Source: Alphaproteobacteria bacterium UBA2562 (GTDB lineage Bacteria; Pseudomonadota; Alphaproteobacteria; UBA2562). Taken from it: a stretch of DNA of 44,103 nt. Shown here one piece after another: positions 1 to 8,999 of the stretch. The notes under the pieces are model-generated. The model worked only from the letters and a program-made list of their open reading frames with translations. It did not search any database and was not told the origin of the DNA. The position numbers and the translations under genes were made by a program. The stretch is from NCBI GenBank assembly GCA_002340345.1, contig DDLW01000378.1, positions 1-44,103 on the forward strand, read 5' to 3'. How positions within the stretch are numbered: the first letter of the stretch is position 1; every line of letters begins with the position of its first letter.

Positions 1-78
1 CTTTAACCATGCATTTTGCGGCAAAAACAAAAACATAGAGCATTTTGTGTGTTTCAATCATCACGCAAAATGCTCTAG
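1..78 (+). repeat. Intergenic modular repeat, copy A (truncated by the window edge)
   Basis: CTTTAACC + ATGCATTTTGCGGCAAAAAC + AGAGCATTTT..ATCACGCAAAATGCTCTAG. It is near-identical in layout and sequence to 4691-4788. Confidence 0.8.
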
Positions 79-488
79 AATTTTTGGACCAGACATTTTT
101 CTTGCTCTAAAGCCATACAGGCTTGCCGGGCTTCCGCATGACTCTGGAAAGCCCCATAAATCACATGCCAAAGCCCAAAACGATCGCGGACAATGGCGCC
201 ACGATGGGAAAGTAAAAAAGAATGCTGTTTCAAATAGTCTTTATGCCGCTTCAAAGCATCGCGCTGATTGGCATGCCGCGAGACCATAACCGCAAATCGG
301 TGGCCTAAAGCCCCATCGGTGTCTTGATAAGACATGTGTGGCGCTGCACCGTTCGGCGCCATGGAGACAGCCTCTTTCGCAACAGGGGCATGGCCAGGGG
401 CGCCGTAAGGAGACCGTGCAAAAGCATTATGTCCAAATGTCATGCTGAAAAGACAGGCCGTCAGCAAAAGCGTTCTGACCTTGATCAT
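75..488 (-). CDS. Secreted SPOR-domain protein (peptidoglycan-binding, Sel/SPOR-like)
   Basis: I trimmed the track ORF 75..653 to the ATG at 488 (MIKVRTLLLTACLFSMTFGHNAFA signal peptide). GAGAGGA lies upstream of this ATG. The C-terminus (FAVMVSRHANQRDA...LWHVIYGAFQSHAEARQACMALEQEKCLV) fits the SPOR pattern. The longer N-terminus would read through repeat copy B. Confidence 0.6.
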   Translation of the reverse strand: MIKVRTLLLTACLFSMTFGHNAFARSPYGAPGHAPVAKEAVSMAPNGAAPHMSYQDTDGALGHRFAVMVSRHANQRDALKRHKDYLKQHSFLLSHRGAIVRDRFGLWHVIYGAFQSHAEARQACMALEQEKCLVQKF

Positions 489-516
489 ATCCCCATAGTC
501 CTCTCTTAGAGCATAA

Positions 517-597
517 GGGCAAAGTGATGGGGTCATCACTTTGATCCGTTTTGCGGCAAAAACAAAAACGAAATGCTGTGGCGCAAAGCGAAAGGCC
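517..597 (+). repeat. Intergenic modular repeat, copy B
   Basis: Hairpin CAAAGTGATG-GGGT-CATCACTTTG is followed by ATCCGTTTTGCGGCAAAAACAAAAAC. Confidence 0.75.
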
Positions 598-759
598 TTC
601 ATGTCACTTGGACATAAAAGCCGCAATGGCCTCAAGAGAGTATAGGTTAACAAAGGGTAAAGATTCTATTCCTTTTTCGCAGGGACAAAAAGGCGCGCTT
701 CAGGACCTATGGTCCTGAGGGTGCCGCCGGCGGCCAAAGGGCCAGCCCTTTGGAAACCA

Positions 760-1431
760 TCAAATATCACGCGCATTGTCATGGTCATCGACATTTTCCA
801 GATAATGAGCGCGGAGATTATCAGGATCTGTAAAAACCTCGCCTTCAGACGGCACCACAAGATCGGCAACTTCAAGCAGACCCGTGCCATGTTCCAAAGC
901 ATAATCAATGGCTTCTAATAAGGCTTCAAAAGAGTCTTCTGCAAACACAGTCGACACCGCATCCTCATAGTCATCATCCAAAAGCATCGACTTTAAAGCC
1001 GGAAGATTGCCATTTGGAACATAACCACCCCCACTGTAATTATCGAGAATCATCCCATCAGACTCATCTCTCAAACCCGCAAAAGCTCTTGGAAACATTT
1101 CAAAAAGACTGCGTGTTAAAGGCTCAAACCGCTCATCTTCATCAATTAAAAAGCTAATGGCACTGCCACGCGCATACCAATAAGGATGAAGAAACCCTGC
1201 AATGGCCGCAGCCCCTAACACCAAAGTTGAGAAGGGTTCCGAGCCTTTTTTCACATCCGCAAAAACATCCCCACATTCTTCGTAAATGCCAAGAAGACGC
1301 GATTCTTTTTCAGGATCTGTCGTAATATGCGCTGCTTTTTCTCCGGCTCTATTGGGCTGGGCTAAAACCGCTAGGAAAAATCCTTGCAATTCTTCTTTGG
1401 AAATCGGGTGGAAGGTAATATCAAAACTCAT
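760..1431 (-). CDS. Hypothetical protein with an acidic C-terminus
   Basis: I trimmed the ORF to the ATG at 1431 (MSFDITFHPISKEEL), which has GGAGAGG 7 nt upstream. I recognise no motif. Confidence 0.55.
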   Translation of the reverse strand: MSFDITFHPISKEELQGFFLAVLAQPNRAGEKAAHITTDPEKESRLLGIYEECGDVFADVKKGSEPFSTLVLGAAAIAGFLHPYWYARGSAISFLIDEDERFEPLTRSLFEMFPRAFAGLRDESDGMILDNYSGGGYVPNGNLPALKSMLLDDDYEDAVSTVFAEDSFEALLEAIDYALEHGTGLLEVADLVVPSEGEVFTDPDNLRAHYLENVDDHDNARDI

Positions 1432-1460
1432 ACAAAATCCTCTCCTGCTGACAACGCGAC

Positions 1461-1501
1461 AAAAAAGGCCGATCAAACCGCCTTCAGTTCGATCGGCCTT
1501 T
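1461..1501 (-). terminator. Rho-independent terminator downstream of argC
   Basis: On the minus strand: AAGGCCGATC..loop..GATCGGCCTT followed by TTTTTTG. Confidence 0.7.
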
Positions 1502-1592
1502 GCGCCCAAGAAAACGGCCCTCTGACCAAGCGCCTCAAATGCCCCAGTGCTTTATGCAAAAACGCAAAGTTCTCACAATGGGGCCTTTTTCA

Positions 1593-2639
1593 TTATGGAA
1601 ACATAGGTTCTTGTTCTAAAGCCGTTGTCTCTGCATATCCCATCATCACATTCATATTTTGCACCGCGAGTCCAGAAGATCCTTTGACAAGATTATCAAT
1701 CACAGAAATCACGATCGCGCGCCCTGGAACACGATCGGCAACCACACCAATATCGCAATAATTAGACCCTTTTACATGACGTGTTTGCGGTGTCTGACCT
1801 TCTGGTAAAAGACGAATGAAAGGTTCTCCCGCATAGGTCTTTGAAAGATGCGCATGAAGATCGGTGGCGGTGATTCCGTCTTTTAAAGTCACATAGCTTG
1901 TTGCCATCATGCCACGATTCATCGGCACAAGATGGGGCGTAAAGCTCAATAAGATATCTTCCTTGGCCTGCTTTGTCAGCTCTTGCTCAATTTCTGGCGC
2001 ATGGCGGTGATGGGCAACACCATAAGCATGGAATCCTTCGGCAACTTCCGCATAAAGACTCCCCTCTTTCAAAGAGCGCCCAGCCCCGCTCACCCCTGTT
2101 TTCGCGTCCACAACAATCCCTTGGGGTGTGATCAGTCCAGCTTGGAGGAGCGGCGCTAAAGGAAGAAGAGTACAGGCAGGATAACAGCCTGGATTGGCGA
2201 CCAACCGCGCTGTTTTCACAGCTTGTCTATTGAGTTCTGTGAGCCCGTAAACCGCCTCTTTTTGCAGTTCAAGGGCTTTATGAGCATGACCATACCATGC
2301 GGCATAGGTTTCCGGGTTTTCCAACCGGAAATCCGCAGACAAATCGACAATCCGGGCAGAATGCGGTAATCCTGCGATAATCTCTTGGGTCGTACCATGG
2401 GGTAGGCAGCAAAAAACAAAATCCGCCCGCCGCCAATCCACTTCATCGACTTTCATGAGAAGTGGCAGTTCCCGCCCCCGAAATTGTGGGAAAACATCCA
2501 CCATTCTTTTCCCGGCATGGCGTTCAGCCGTCATGGCAATGATTTCGACATGAGGATGTCGGGCAAGAAGGCGAACCAATTCTGATCCTGTATATCCACT
2601 TGCGCCTAAAATACCGACTTTCAACATGTCGTTCATCAT
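1593..2639 (-). CDS. argC: N-acetyl-gamma-glutamyl-phosphate reductase
   Basis: N-terminal LKVGILGASGYTGSELVRLL Rossmann motif, the PGCYPT-type active-site Cys (ANPGCYPACTLL), and overall ArgC length. AGGAG precedes the ATG-ATG at 2639/2636. The track's extension to 2738 is unlikely. Confidence 0.9.
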   Translation of the reverse strand: MMNDMLKVGILGASGYTGSELVRLLARHPHVEIIAMTAERHAGKRMVDVFPQFRGRELPLLMKVDEVDWRRADFVFCCLPHGTTQEIIAGLPHSARIVDLSADFRLENPETYAAWYGHAHKALELQKEAVYGLTELNRQAVKTARLVANPGCYPACTLLPLAPLLQAGLITPQGIVVDAKTGVSGAGRSLKEGSLYAEVAEGFHAYGVAHHRHAPEIEQELTKQAKEDILLSFTPHLVPMNRGMMATSYVTLKDGITATDLHAHLSKTYAGEPFIRLLPEGQTPQTRHVKGSNYCDIGVVADRVPGRAIVISVIDNLVKGSSGLAVQNMNVMMGYAETTALEQEPMFP

Positions 2640-3157
2640 TTTGCTCCTAACTTTCTTTTGCTGACTTAAAAAGCTTACCACCTGTATAAACCGGCGAGAA
2701 AATCGATCATGTTTGATTTTAGTGCCTTTGGCGACCAAAGGGGGCGCCCTTTAGAAATTCTTTTATTTTAAAAGACTTAACAATCAAACAGTCTCAATTC
2801 ACGCTTCAAGAATGAGGTGCCAAGCTTTACCAAGACCACAAGTTTTTCTCACAGGATGGCATGTCATACAATACAAAAAGCCTTTCGCAGACATTTGATA
2901 TTCACGCCCCTTGAAAGGCCGAGATCATCTTATAAAAGGAAAATTCAACCCAATGGCAATCCTTAGTGATCAATTTTCCGTTGTGCTATACGGCAAAGAC
3001 AGGAAATTAAGTTTGTATTTTGAGTTATTTTGAATTTTTTGTTTTCAAGATATTTCCGAATCGTAAAGATATACCCTCTAAAAAATATTGACAGGCAATC
3101 CTGATCGATGATTAATTCGCATTATTGTTTATGATGGATTATGAATATTATTGAATC

Positions 3158-3952
3158 TTGTGGAGTTTTATCTTGTTTCCCTTAAAAAGACATAGATCTT
3201 TTGATATAAATATATCATCAAGGCTTAATGCCAGAATGATTATTGATATCACTTGTATCATTGCCTTCAACATTACAGCATTCTTCTTTTTTGCGCATAT
3301 AGATTTTCTTGAAACACTCATAGAGTTTACACAGCAATATGAAGATTATGAAGTCGATGAATTTATCCCTCTCTTTTTTACTTTAAGCCTCTCCCTCGCC
3401 ATTTTTGCGGAACGGCGCCGTCGAGAAGCCGTCTCTCTCAAAGAAAAATATCTCTTTGCGTCTTGCCATGATCATTTAACCGGACTTTATAATAGATTGT
3501 ATCTCATCAATACTGCAGAAACAGAAATCGAGAGACATCAAAGAACAGGATCTTTATTTTCTATTTTACTTATTGACATTGATAAATTCAAAAAAATCAA
3601 TGATCTTTATGGACATCATATTGGTGATCTTGTTCTTCAAGAATTTTCTCTCATATTACAAGAAACCATTCGGAAAATTGACGTTGCGGCCCGCTGGGGA
3701 GGAGAAGAATTCATTATTTTATGTCGTGACACAGATCACACAGGCGCTATAACCCTCGCGCAGAAAATTCAAACAAATTTGGCAGAACACACTTTTACTG
3801 GCAACCAATCTGTTACTGCCAGCATAGGCATTGCCGCTTTCGAGAAAAACACAAGCTTCTCAACATTGATTGAAGCGGCTGACCTCAGACTCTACCAAGC
3901 CAAAGCCGCAGGAAGAAATAGAATTGTTGCACAGTCTTATAACGCTTCATAA
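3158..3952 (+). CDS. Membrane-anchored diguanylate cyclase (GGDEF domain)
   Basis: GGEEF active-site motif with an RKID I-site 5 residues upstream, and DHLTGLYNR at the domain start. There are two hydrophobic N-terminal segments. The start is ambiguous: TTG at 3158 or ATG at 3236. Confidence 0.85.
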   Translation: MWSFILFPLKRHRSFDINISSRLNARMIIDITCIIAFNITAFFFFAHIDFLETLIEFTQQYEDYEVDEFIPLFFTLSLSLAIFAERRRREAVSLKEKYLFASCHDHLTGLYNRLYLINTAETEIERHQRTGSLFSILLIDIDKFKKINDLYGHHIGDLVLQEFSLILQETIRKIDVAARWGGEEFIILCRDTDHTGAITLAQKIQTNLAEHTFTGNQSVTASIGIAAFEKNTSFSTLIEAADLRLYQAKAAGRNRIVAQSYNAS

Positions 3953-3980
3953 GAATGTTGGATGTGATTTTGCCCATCCC

Positions 3981-4616
3981 CTAAAAACCATCGCCCTTTT
4001 TTTGGCGGCGTATTTGCCATAAACGGACACGCCAATCTTCTCCTAAAATTGCAAAGAGCAGATGATCTTGCCATTGACCATTAATACAAAGATATTTCCG
4101 GGCTATGCCTTCTTGTTGAAACCCAACTCTCCGTAACAGAGCGGCACTGCGGTCATTATGGGGCAAACAGGCAGCTTCCAAACGATGCAACCCAAGATCA
4201 TCAAAAGCAAAGGGAAACAGAGTCAGCACAGCTTCTGTCATATATTTTTTGCCCGCATGCGAGACCCCCATCCAATATCCAACATTGCCAGCTTGCACCA
4301 CACCACGGCGCACATTGGACAGTGTGATTCCACCGAGAAGCTCGTCATTATCTTGACGAAAAGCAAAAAAAGCATAGGCCGTATCTTGGCGCCATGTCTG
4401 CTGATAGCGGCGCATGCGACGGCGCCAGGCCTCTTTTGTCAGCGCATCATCTGGCCATGTTGGTTCCCAAGGGGTTAAGAACGCCCGCGATGCTGTTCTC
4501 AGAGCCACCCATTCCGCCCAGTCTTTTTCAACAGGGGGTCTGAGATAGAGACGATGCCCGTCTAATCGTGTTCGTGGGCAATTCAGGTTTCGATTCAAGT
4601 TAATTTTCAAAGCCAT
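3981..4616 (-). CDS. GNAT family N-acetyltransferase (RimJ/RimL-like)
   Basis: GNAT core (QAGNVGYWMGVSHAGKKYMTEAV, HRLEAACLPHNDRSAALLRRVGFQQEG). It sits downstream of thrC and the M16 peptidase, a conserved alphaproteobacterial arrangement. Confidence 0.8.
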   Translation of the reverse strand: MALKINLNRNLNCPRTRLDGHRLYLRPPVEKDWAEWVALRTASRAFLTPWEPTWPDDALTKEAWRRRMRRYQQTWRQDTAYAFFAFRQDNDELLGGITLSNVRRGVVQAGNVGYWMGVSHAGKKYMTEAVLTLFPFAFDDLGLHRLEAACLPHNDRSAALLRRVGFQQEGIARKYLCINGQWQDHLLFAILGEDWRVRLWQIRRQKKGDGF

Positions 4617-4690
4617 GGGTCAAACACCCCCGCGCAGGACCGAGCTCTCCTCAGCACACTCAAAGCGTATTTCCAAGCCTTTAGAGCAAA

Positions 4691-4788
4691 GCTGGTTAAA
4701 GTGGCAGCCCCTTTAGCCATGCGTTTTGCGGCAAAAACAATAAGATAGAGCATTTTGTGTGAGTCAATCATCACGCAAAAGGCTCTAG
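4691..4788 (+). repeat. Intergenic modular repeat, copy C (most complete archetype)
   Basis: GCTGGTTAAAGTGG..CCCCTTTAGCC + ATGCGTTTTGCGGCAAAAAC + AGAGCATTTTGTGTG..ATCACGCAAAAGGCTCTAG. Its last bases supply the TAG stop of the M16 peptidase gene. Confidence 0.85.
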
Positions 4789-6053
4789 GCTGCAAGTTGT
4801 GTTAAGCGACGTTGAATATCTTCATAAGCTTCCAACGACGCAATGGGCCCAATAACAGCCATTGTCGGTTTACTTTTTAAAATCCTATCAAGACTTTGCT
4901 GCACAGCTTTTTGATCCACGGCAGCAATTTTCCCTAAAATTTCTTCATTTGGCAATGGCCTGTTATAAATGAGCAATTGGTGCGCCAATTGTTCACAGCG
5001 TGTTGATGTACTTTCTTGGGACATCAGAACGCTGGCCCGCAATTGTGCCCGTGCGCGATCGACTTCTTCTTCTGTGATCGTAGAGGCTGCTTTTGCGATC
5101 TCTTCACACACCACAGGGATCAGTTCTGGTAAATCTTTTTCCCCGGTCCCGGCGTAAAAGCCAAAAAGCCCGCTATCAGAATAGGCTGAGGCAAAGCTAA
5201 AAATGGAATAGACAAGGCCTCTTTTCTCCCGCACTTCCTGAAAAAGACGGGAAGACATACCACCACCAAGAAGTGTGGCTAAAATGGATTGTGTATAAGA
5301 CTCTGCCCCGTGGCAAGAGGCCCCTTCAAATCCCATCACGACATGCACTTGTTCCAAGGCGCGGGCTTCTCTATAGTCCCCCCCCTGATAGGCCGCCCGG
5401 TTTTTTATGGGGGTTGCGCCTGCTGGCACAGCACTAAAAAGATCTTCCACGCGATGGACAAAATCCTGGTGGTCAACTTTGCCTGAAGCTGCAATCACCA
5501 TATTATTGCCCGTGTAATAGGCATGACGATAGTCAAAAAGATTTTTTTGCGTCAATTGCTTTACGATATCAACGGTGCCTAAGACAGGCCGCCCCATGGC
5601 TTGTCCTGGAAAAGCCGCTGATTGGAAATGGTCAAAAACAATATCATCGGGCGTATCGATGGTTTGTCCGATTTCTTGAAGAATGACTGTGCGCTCACGC
5701 TCCAGCTCTTGTTCATCCATGGTCGAATTTTGCAGAATATCGGCCAAAACATCTAAAGCAAGCGGCAGATCTTCTTTTAAAACTTTAGCATAATAGGCTG
5801 TCTGTTCACGCGAGGTATAGGCGTTTAAACTTCCGCCAACAGCCTCTATTTCCTCGGCAATGGCTTGTGCATTGCGGCGGGGCGTCCCTTTGAAGGTCAT
5901 ATGCTCTAACATATGCGCTATGCCGTTTAAGTCGGGGCTTTCACTTCTCGTGCCAACCCCAATCCACACACCCAAAGATGCCGTTTCAACTGTTGGCACC
6001 GGATCGGTGGCCACACGTATGCCATTTGATAAAGTGGTAACCTGAACCGTCAT
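4785..6053 (-). CDS. M16 family zinc peptidase (mitochondrial-processing-peptidase-like)
   Basis: HMLEHMTFKG inverted zinc-binding motif (HxxEH) near the N-terminus. Length is about 420 aa. Confidence 0.9.
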   Translation of the reverse strand: MTVQVTTLSNGIRVATDPVPTVETASLGVWIGVGTRSESPDLNGIAHMLEHMTFKGTPRRNAQAIAEEIEAVGGSLNAYTSREQTAYYAKVLKEDLPLALDVLADILQNSTMDEQELERERTVILQEIGQTIDTPDDIVFDHFQSAAFPGQAMGRPVLGTVDIVKQLTQKNLFDYRHAYYTGNNMVIAASGKVDHQDFVHRVEDLFSAVPAGATPIKNRAAYQGGDYREARALEQVHVVMGFEGASCHGAESYTQSILATLLGGGMSSRLFQEVREKRGLVYSIFSFASAYSDSGLFGFYAGTGEKDLPELIPVVCEEIAKAASTITEEEVDRARAQLRASVLMSQESTSTRCEQLAHQLLIYNRPLPNEEILGKIAAVDQKAVQQSLDRILKSKPTMAVIGPIASLEAYEDIQRRLTQLAA

Positions 6054-6144
6054 ACTTTTCCGTCACTTTACACCGAAACCAGAGCAGAACACTGTTGCTG
6101 TCTGACGTCTTTGGAAACAAAGAATACACGATATTTCTTAAGGA

Positions 6145-7542
6145 TCATATGATCCGACTTAATTTTCTGATGTGATTTTGGACCGTTTTTAAATCATTTG
6201 GTACGGTCTCGTAATGTTCCGGGCGCTGGAGCAAGTCTGCTAAACGGGGCGGAAGCTCAGGCCGTGCGCCACAGGCGCGCTCGACAGCATCAGGGAATTT
6301 CGCAGAATGCGCTGTTGCAAGAGAGATCATCGGCAAACCAAAGGCAGGACGCCTGGCCCAAGATGCGGCCACGCCAATGGCACTATGAGGGTCCAGCATG
6401 TCGCCATTCCGAGCCCGAAAATCTGCAATTGTCGCTGCTGTTTCTGCATCATCTAAACGCCAGCTCTCGAAAAGCTCGCGCGAACGCTCCCAAACAGAAT
6501 CTTCGACCGCAAGCACGCCGGTGTCTTGGAAATCGCCCATTAAAGCGGCAACCTTATGGCCATCACGCTCATAAAGCTCAAAAAGCAAGCGCTCAAAATT
6601 GGAGGAAATCGCAATATCCATACTGGGGCTGTTGGTTGGATTGACAGGTTGAATGGTCATATCATTATTTGTGAAATAACGCGTCAGGATGTCATTTGTA
6701 TTGGATCCAACAATGAGCTTACGAATGGGCAACCCCATTTGTTTTGCCACATAGCCCGCATAGACATTGCCAAAATTTCCTGTCGGCACAGAAAAGGCCA
6801 TGGGGCGATCTGGTGCTCCTAACGAAACGGCGGCATGGAAGTAATAGACAATCTGCGCCATAATTCTGGCCCAATTAATGGAATTCACCGCAGACAAACG
6901 CAGCGAGTCCCGATAATCTTGGTCGTTGAACATGGCTTTGACAAGATTTTGACAATCATCAAAATTTCCATTGACCGCAATATTATGAACATTCGGAGAG
7001 TCTACCGTTGTCATCTGTCGTCTTTGGACTTCAGATACACGCCCCATGGGATGGAGAATAAAGATATCAATCGCATCACGATCGCGGCAGGCTTCGATCG
7101 CTGCCGAACCTGTATCCCCAGACGTCGCGCCAACGATCGTGACCCTTTCCTGGCGTTTTGTCAGGACATGATCAAAAAGAAGACCAACCAATTGCAGTGC
7201 ATAGTCTTTAAATGCCAAAGTTGGACCATGAAAAAGCTCTAACAACCAATCTGATGCCCCTATTTGCTGCAAAGGGGCAACGGCCGCATGATCAAAATGA
7301 CTGTAAGCTTCCTGGACAAGGCGAGAAAGCTGTTCTTCATCGATCTCTTCCCCCATAAAAGGCCGAATGACGCGCACAGCAAGTTCTGCATAGCTTAAGC
7401 CCCGCATGGAACGAATGGCATTTTCAGAAAAATGTGGCCATGTCGCTGGCACATAAAGGCCTCCATCCCGCGCCAATCCCGTGAGCAAAACATCTTCGAA
7501 ATCCAATTCGGGCGCAACGCCCCGGGTGCTGACATAACGCAA
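6145..7542 (-). CDS. thrC: Threonine synthase
   Basis: MRYVSTRG N-terminus, the PLP-lysine context (HGPTLAFKDYALQ), and the long-type ThrC length (465 aa). Confidence 0.92.
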   Translation of the reverse strand: MRYVSTRGVAPELDFEDVLLTGLARDGGLYVPATWPHFSENAIRSMRGLSYAELAVRVIRPFMGEEIDEEQLSRLVQEAYSHFDHAAVAPLQQIGASDWLLELFHGPTLAFKDYALQLVGLLFDHVLTKRQERVTIVGATSGDTGSAAIEACRDRDAIDIFILHPMGRVSEVQRRQMTTVDSPNVHNIAVNGNFDDCQNLVKAMFNDQDYRDSLRLSAVNSINWARIMAQIVYYFHAAVSLGAPDRPMAFSVPTGNFGNVYAGYVAKQMGLPIRKLIVGSNTNDILTRYFTNNDMTIQPVNPTNSPSMDIAISSNFERLLFELYERDGHKVAALMGDFQDTGVLAVEDSVWERSRELFESWRLDDAETAATIADFRARNGDMLDPHSAIGVAASWARRPAFGLPMISLATAHSAKFPDAVERACGARPELPPRLADLLQRPEHYETVPNDLKTVQNHIRKLSRII

Positions 7543-7814
7543 AATGAAAACGTCCTTCTGAAAATCGTTTAACCGCTTCTCTGGTTTTTTGAGCCAAAGT
7601 GAAAGACCACAAAGGGCGATTAAGAACCGTTAAGCGATCATAATTTAAAGCTTTGCCGTTAGAACAGCAAAATTATAATCTTTCTTAAAAATATTGACCT
7701 TGCTGACACAATATTCCTGTCTCTGCTGTCTTGCTTGCTTTGCAAAAGGTCTTTCCTTTGAAAGCATTTTGAAGCAAAGTCGGCGCCAAAGCTGAACGAA
7801 AGACGCTCTCGACC

Positions 7815-8906
7815 ATGTTAAGAAACCTTTTTAATATCATCTGCATTTTCAGTGTCATGCTTGTCATCGCGATACCCCCTTCCTCTGTGTGGGGAGGAGA
7901 GGAGAAACAGCCCATGAAAGAACGGCTGACCGCGGCAATCGATTCGGGCTTATTAAAAGGGCTTCATGCCACTGTTGTCATGTTAGAGGACAAACGGATC
8001 TCTGAAGCCTATTTTCCAGGCATGGATCAACGTTGGGGGGCGCCTTTGGGGGTTATCGACCATGGACCTGAGACGCTCCATGATCTGCGCTCTGTCACAA
8101 AATCCATTGTCGGTTTGCTGTATGGTATCGCCCTTGCCGAAGGCGCTGTCCCAGGCCTTGATACGCCTCTTCTCAGCCTTTTCCCAGACTATGCTGATTT
8201 GCGCGATGGCACTGCCCGTGAAGAAATATCTGTTCGACATGCCCTGACAATGCAGATGGGCACGGCATGGGATGAGAGCTTGCCATATTCGGACCCACGG
8301 AACAGCGAAATTGCTATGGAGCGGGCAAAGGATCGCTATCGCTTTGTGCTTGACCGTCCCATAGTCACCAAACCTGGCACAAGCTGGACTTACAATGGGG
8401 GCGCTGTGGCGCTGCTCGGCAAGCTGATTGCGGATGGGACTGGTATGTCCCTTGATCAGTATGCGCAAATGCGCCTCTTTGAACCGCTCGGCATCAAGGC
8501 CTCAGACTGGGTGCAAGGCGCTGATGGCGTCCCATCGGCGGCATCCGGTTTGCGGCTGACAACCCGTGATCTGGCCAAGATTGGTGTTATGGTGGCGCAA
8601 GACGGTGTTTATAAGGGACAGCAGATCGTCCCCGTCGATTGGCTCAAGGCCTCTTTTCAGCCGATCGCTCAAATCGAAGAAGGATTTCATTACGGCTTTC
8701 TCTGGTATGTCACAGCTGGGCCAGGCGGCGATCAAATTGTCATCGCCCTTGGCAATGGTGGCCAACGCCTCACGGTGCAACCGAAAGCCGATTTTGTCGT
8801 TGCGACCTTTGCTGGAAATTACAATCACCCAAAGGCTTGGCGGCTCTCCCTCAAAGTCCTTCTCGACTATGCTATTCCTGAGGTTCGTCGTTATCGGGCA
8901 GAGTAA
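7815..8906 (+). CDS. Secreted serine hydrolase, beta-lactamase/PBP-like family
   Basis: Signal peptide, then the SVTKS (S-x-x-K) motif. Fold-typical length. Confidence 0.75.
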   Translation: MLRNLFNIICIFSVMLVIAIPPSSVWGGEEKQPMKERLTAAIDSGLLKGLHATVVMLEDKRISEAYFPGMDQRWGAPLGVIDHGPETLHDLRSVTKSIVGLLYGIALAEGAVPGLDTPLLSLFPDYADLRDGTAREEISVRHALTMQMGTAWDESLPYSDPRNSEIAMERAKDRYRFVLDRPIVTKPGTSWTYNGGAVALLGKLIADGTGMSLDQYAQMRLFEPLGIKASDWVQGADGVPSAASGLRLTTRDLAKIGVMVAQDGVYKGQQIVPVDWLKASFQPIAQIEEGFHYGFLWYVTAGPGGDQIVIALGNGGQRLTVQPKADFVVATFAGNYNHPKAWRLSLKVLLDYAIPEVRRYRAE

Positions 8907-8913
8907 GCTCAGT

Positions 8914-8947
8914 CTTTTTCGAGAAAAAGTCTCTCAAAAAGCTTTTT
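8914..8947 (+). repeat. 34-nt double-palindrome repeat, copy 1
   Basis: CTTTTTCGAGAAAAAGTCTCTCAAAAAGCTTTTT. The reverse complement of 20453-20486 matches it at 34 of 34 positions (checked base by base). Confidence 0.9.
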
Positions 8948-8960
8948 TTAATCAGAAAAT

Positions 8961-8996
8961 AAGAGGGCCTTGCTCTCTCAACAGCAAGGCCCTCTT
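8961..8996. terminator. Hairpin terminator between the convergent hydrolase gene and clpA
   Basis: AAGAGGGCCTTGC..GCAAGGCCCTCTT, a 13-bp stem. There is a T-rich tract on the minus-strand side (the clpA direction). Confidence 0.7.
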
Positions 8997-8999
8997 CTG

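Noticed and set aside
4607-4795. A 62-aa ORF between the GNAT and M16 peptidase genes
   Set aside because: It is a translation through repeat copy C. The FAAKRM peptide recurs wherever the GCGGCAAAAAC core is read, as in the extended 75..653 ORF.
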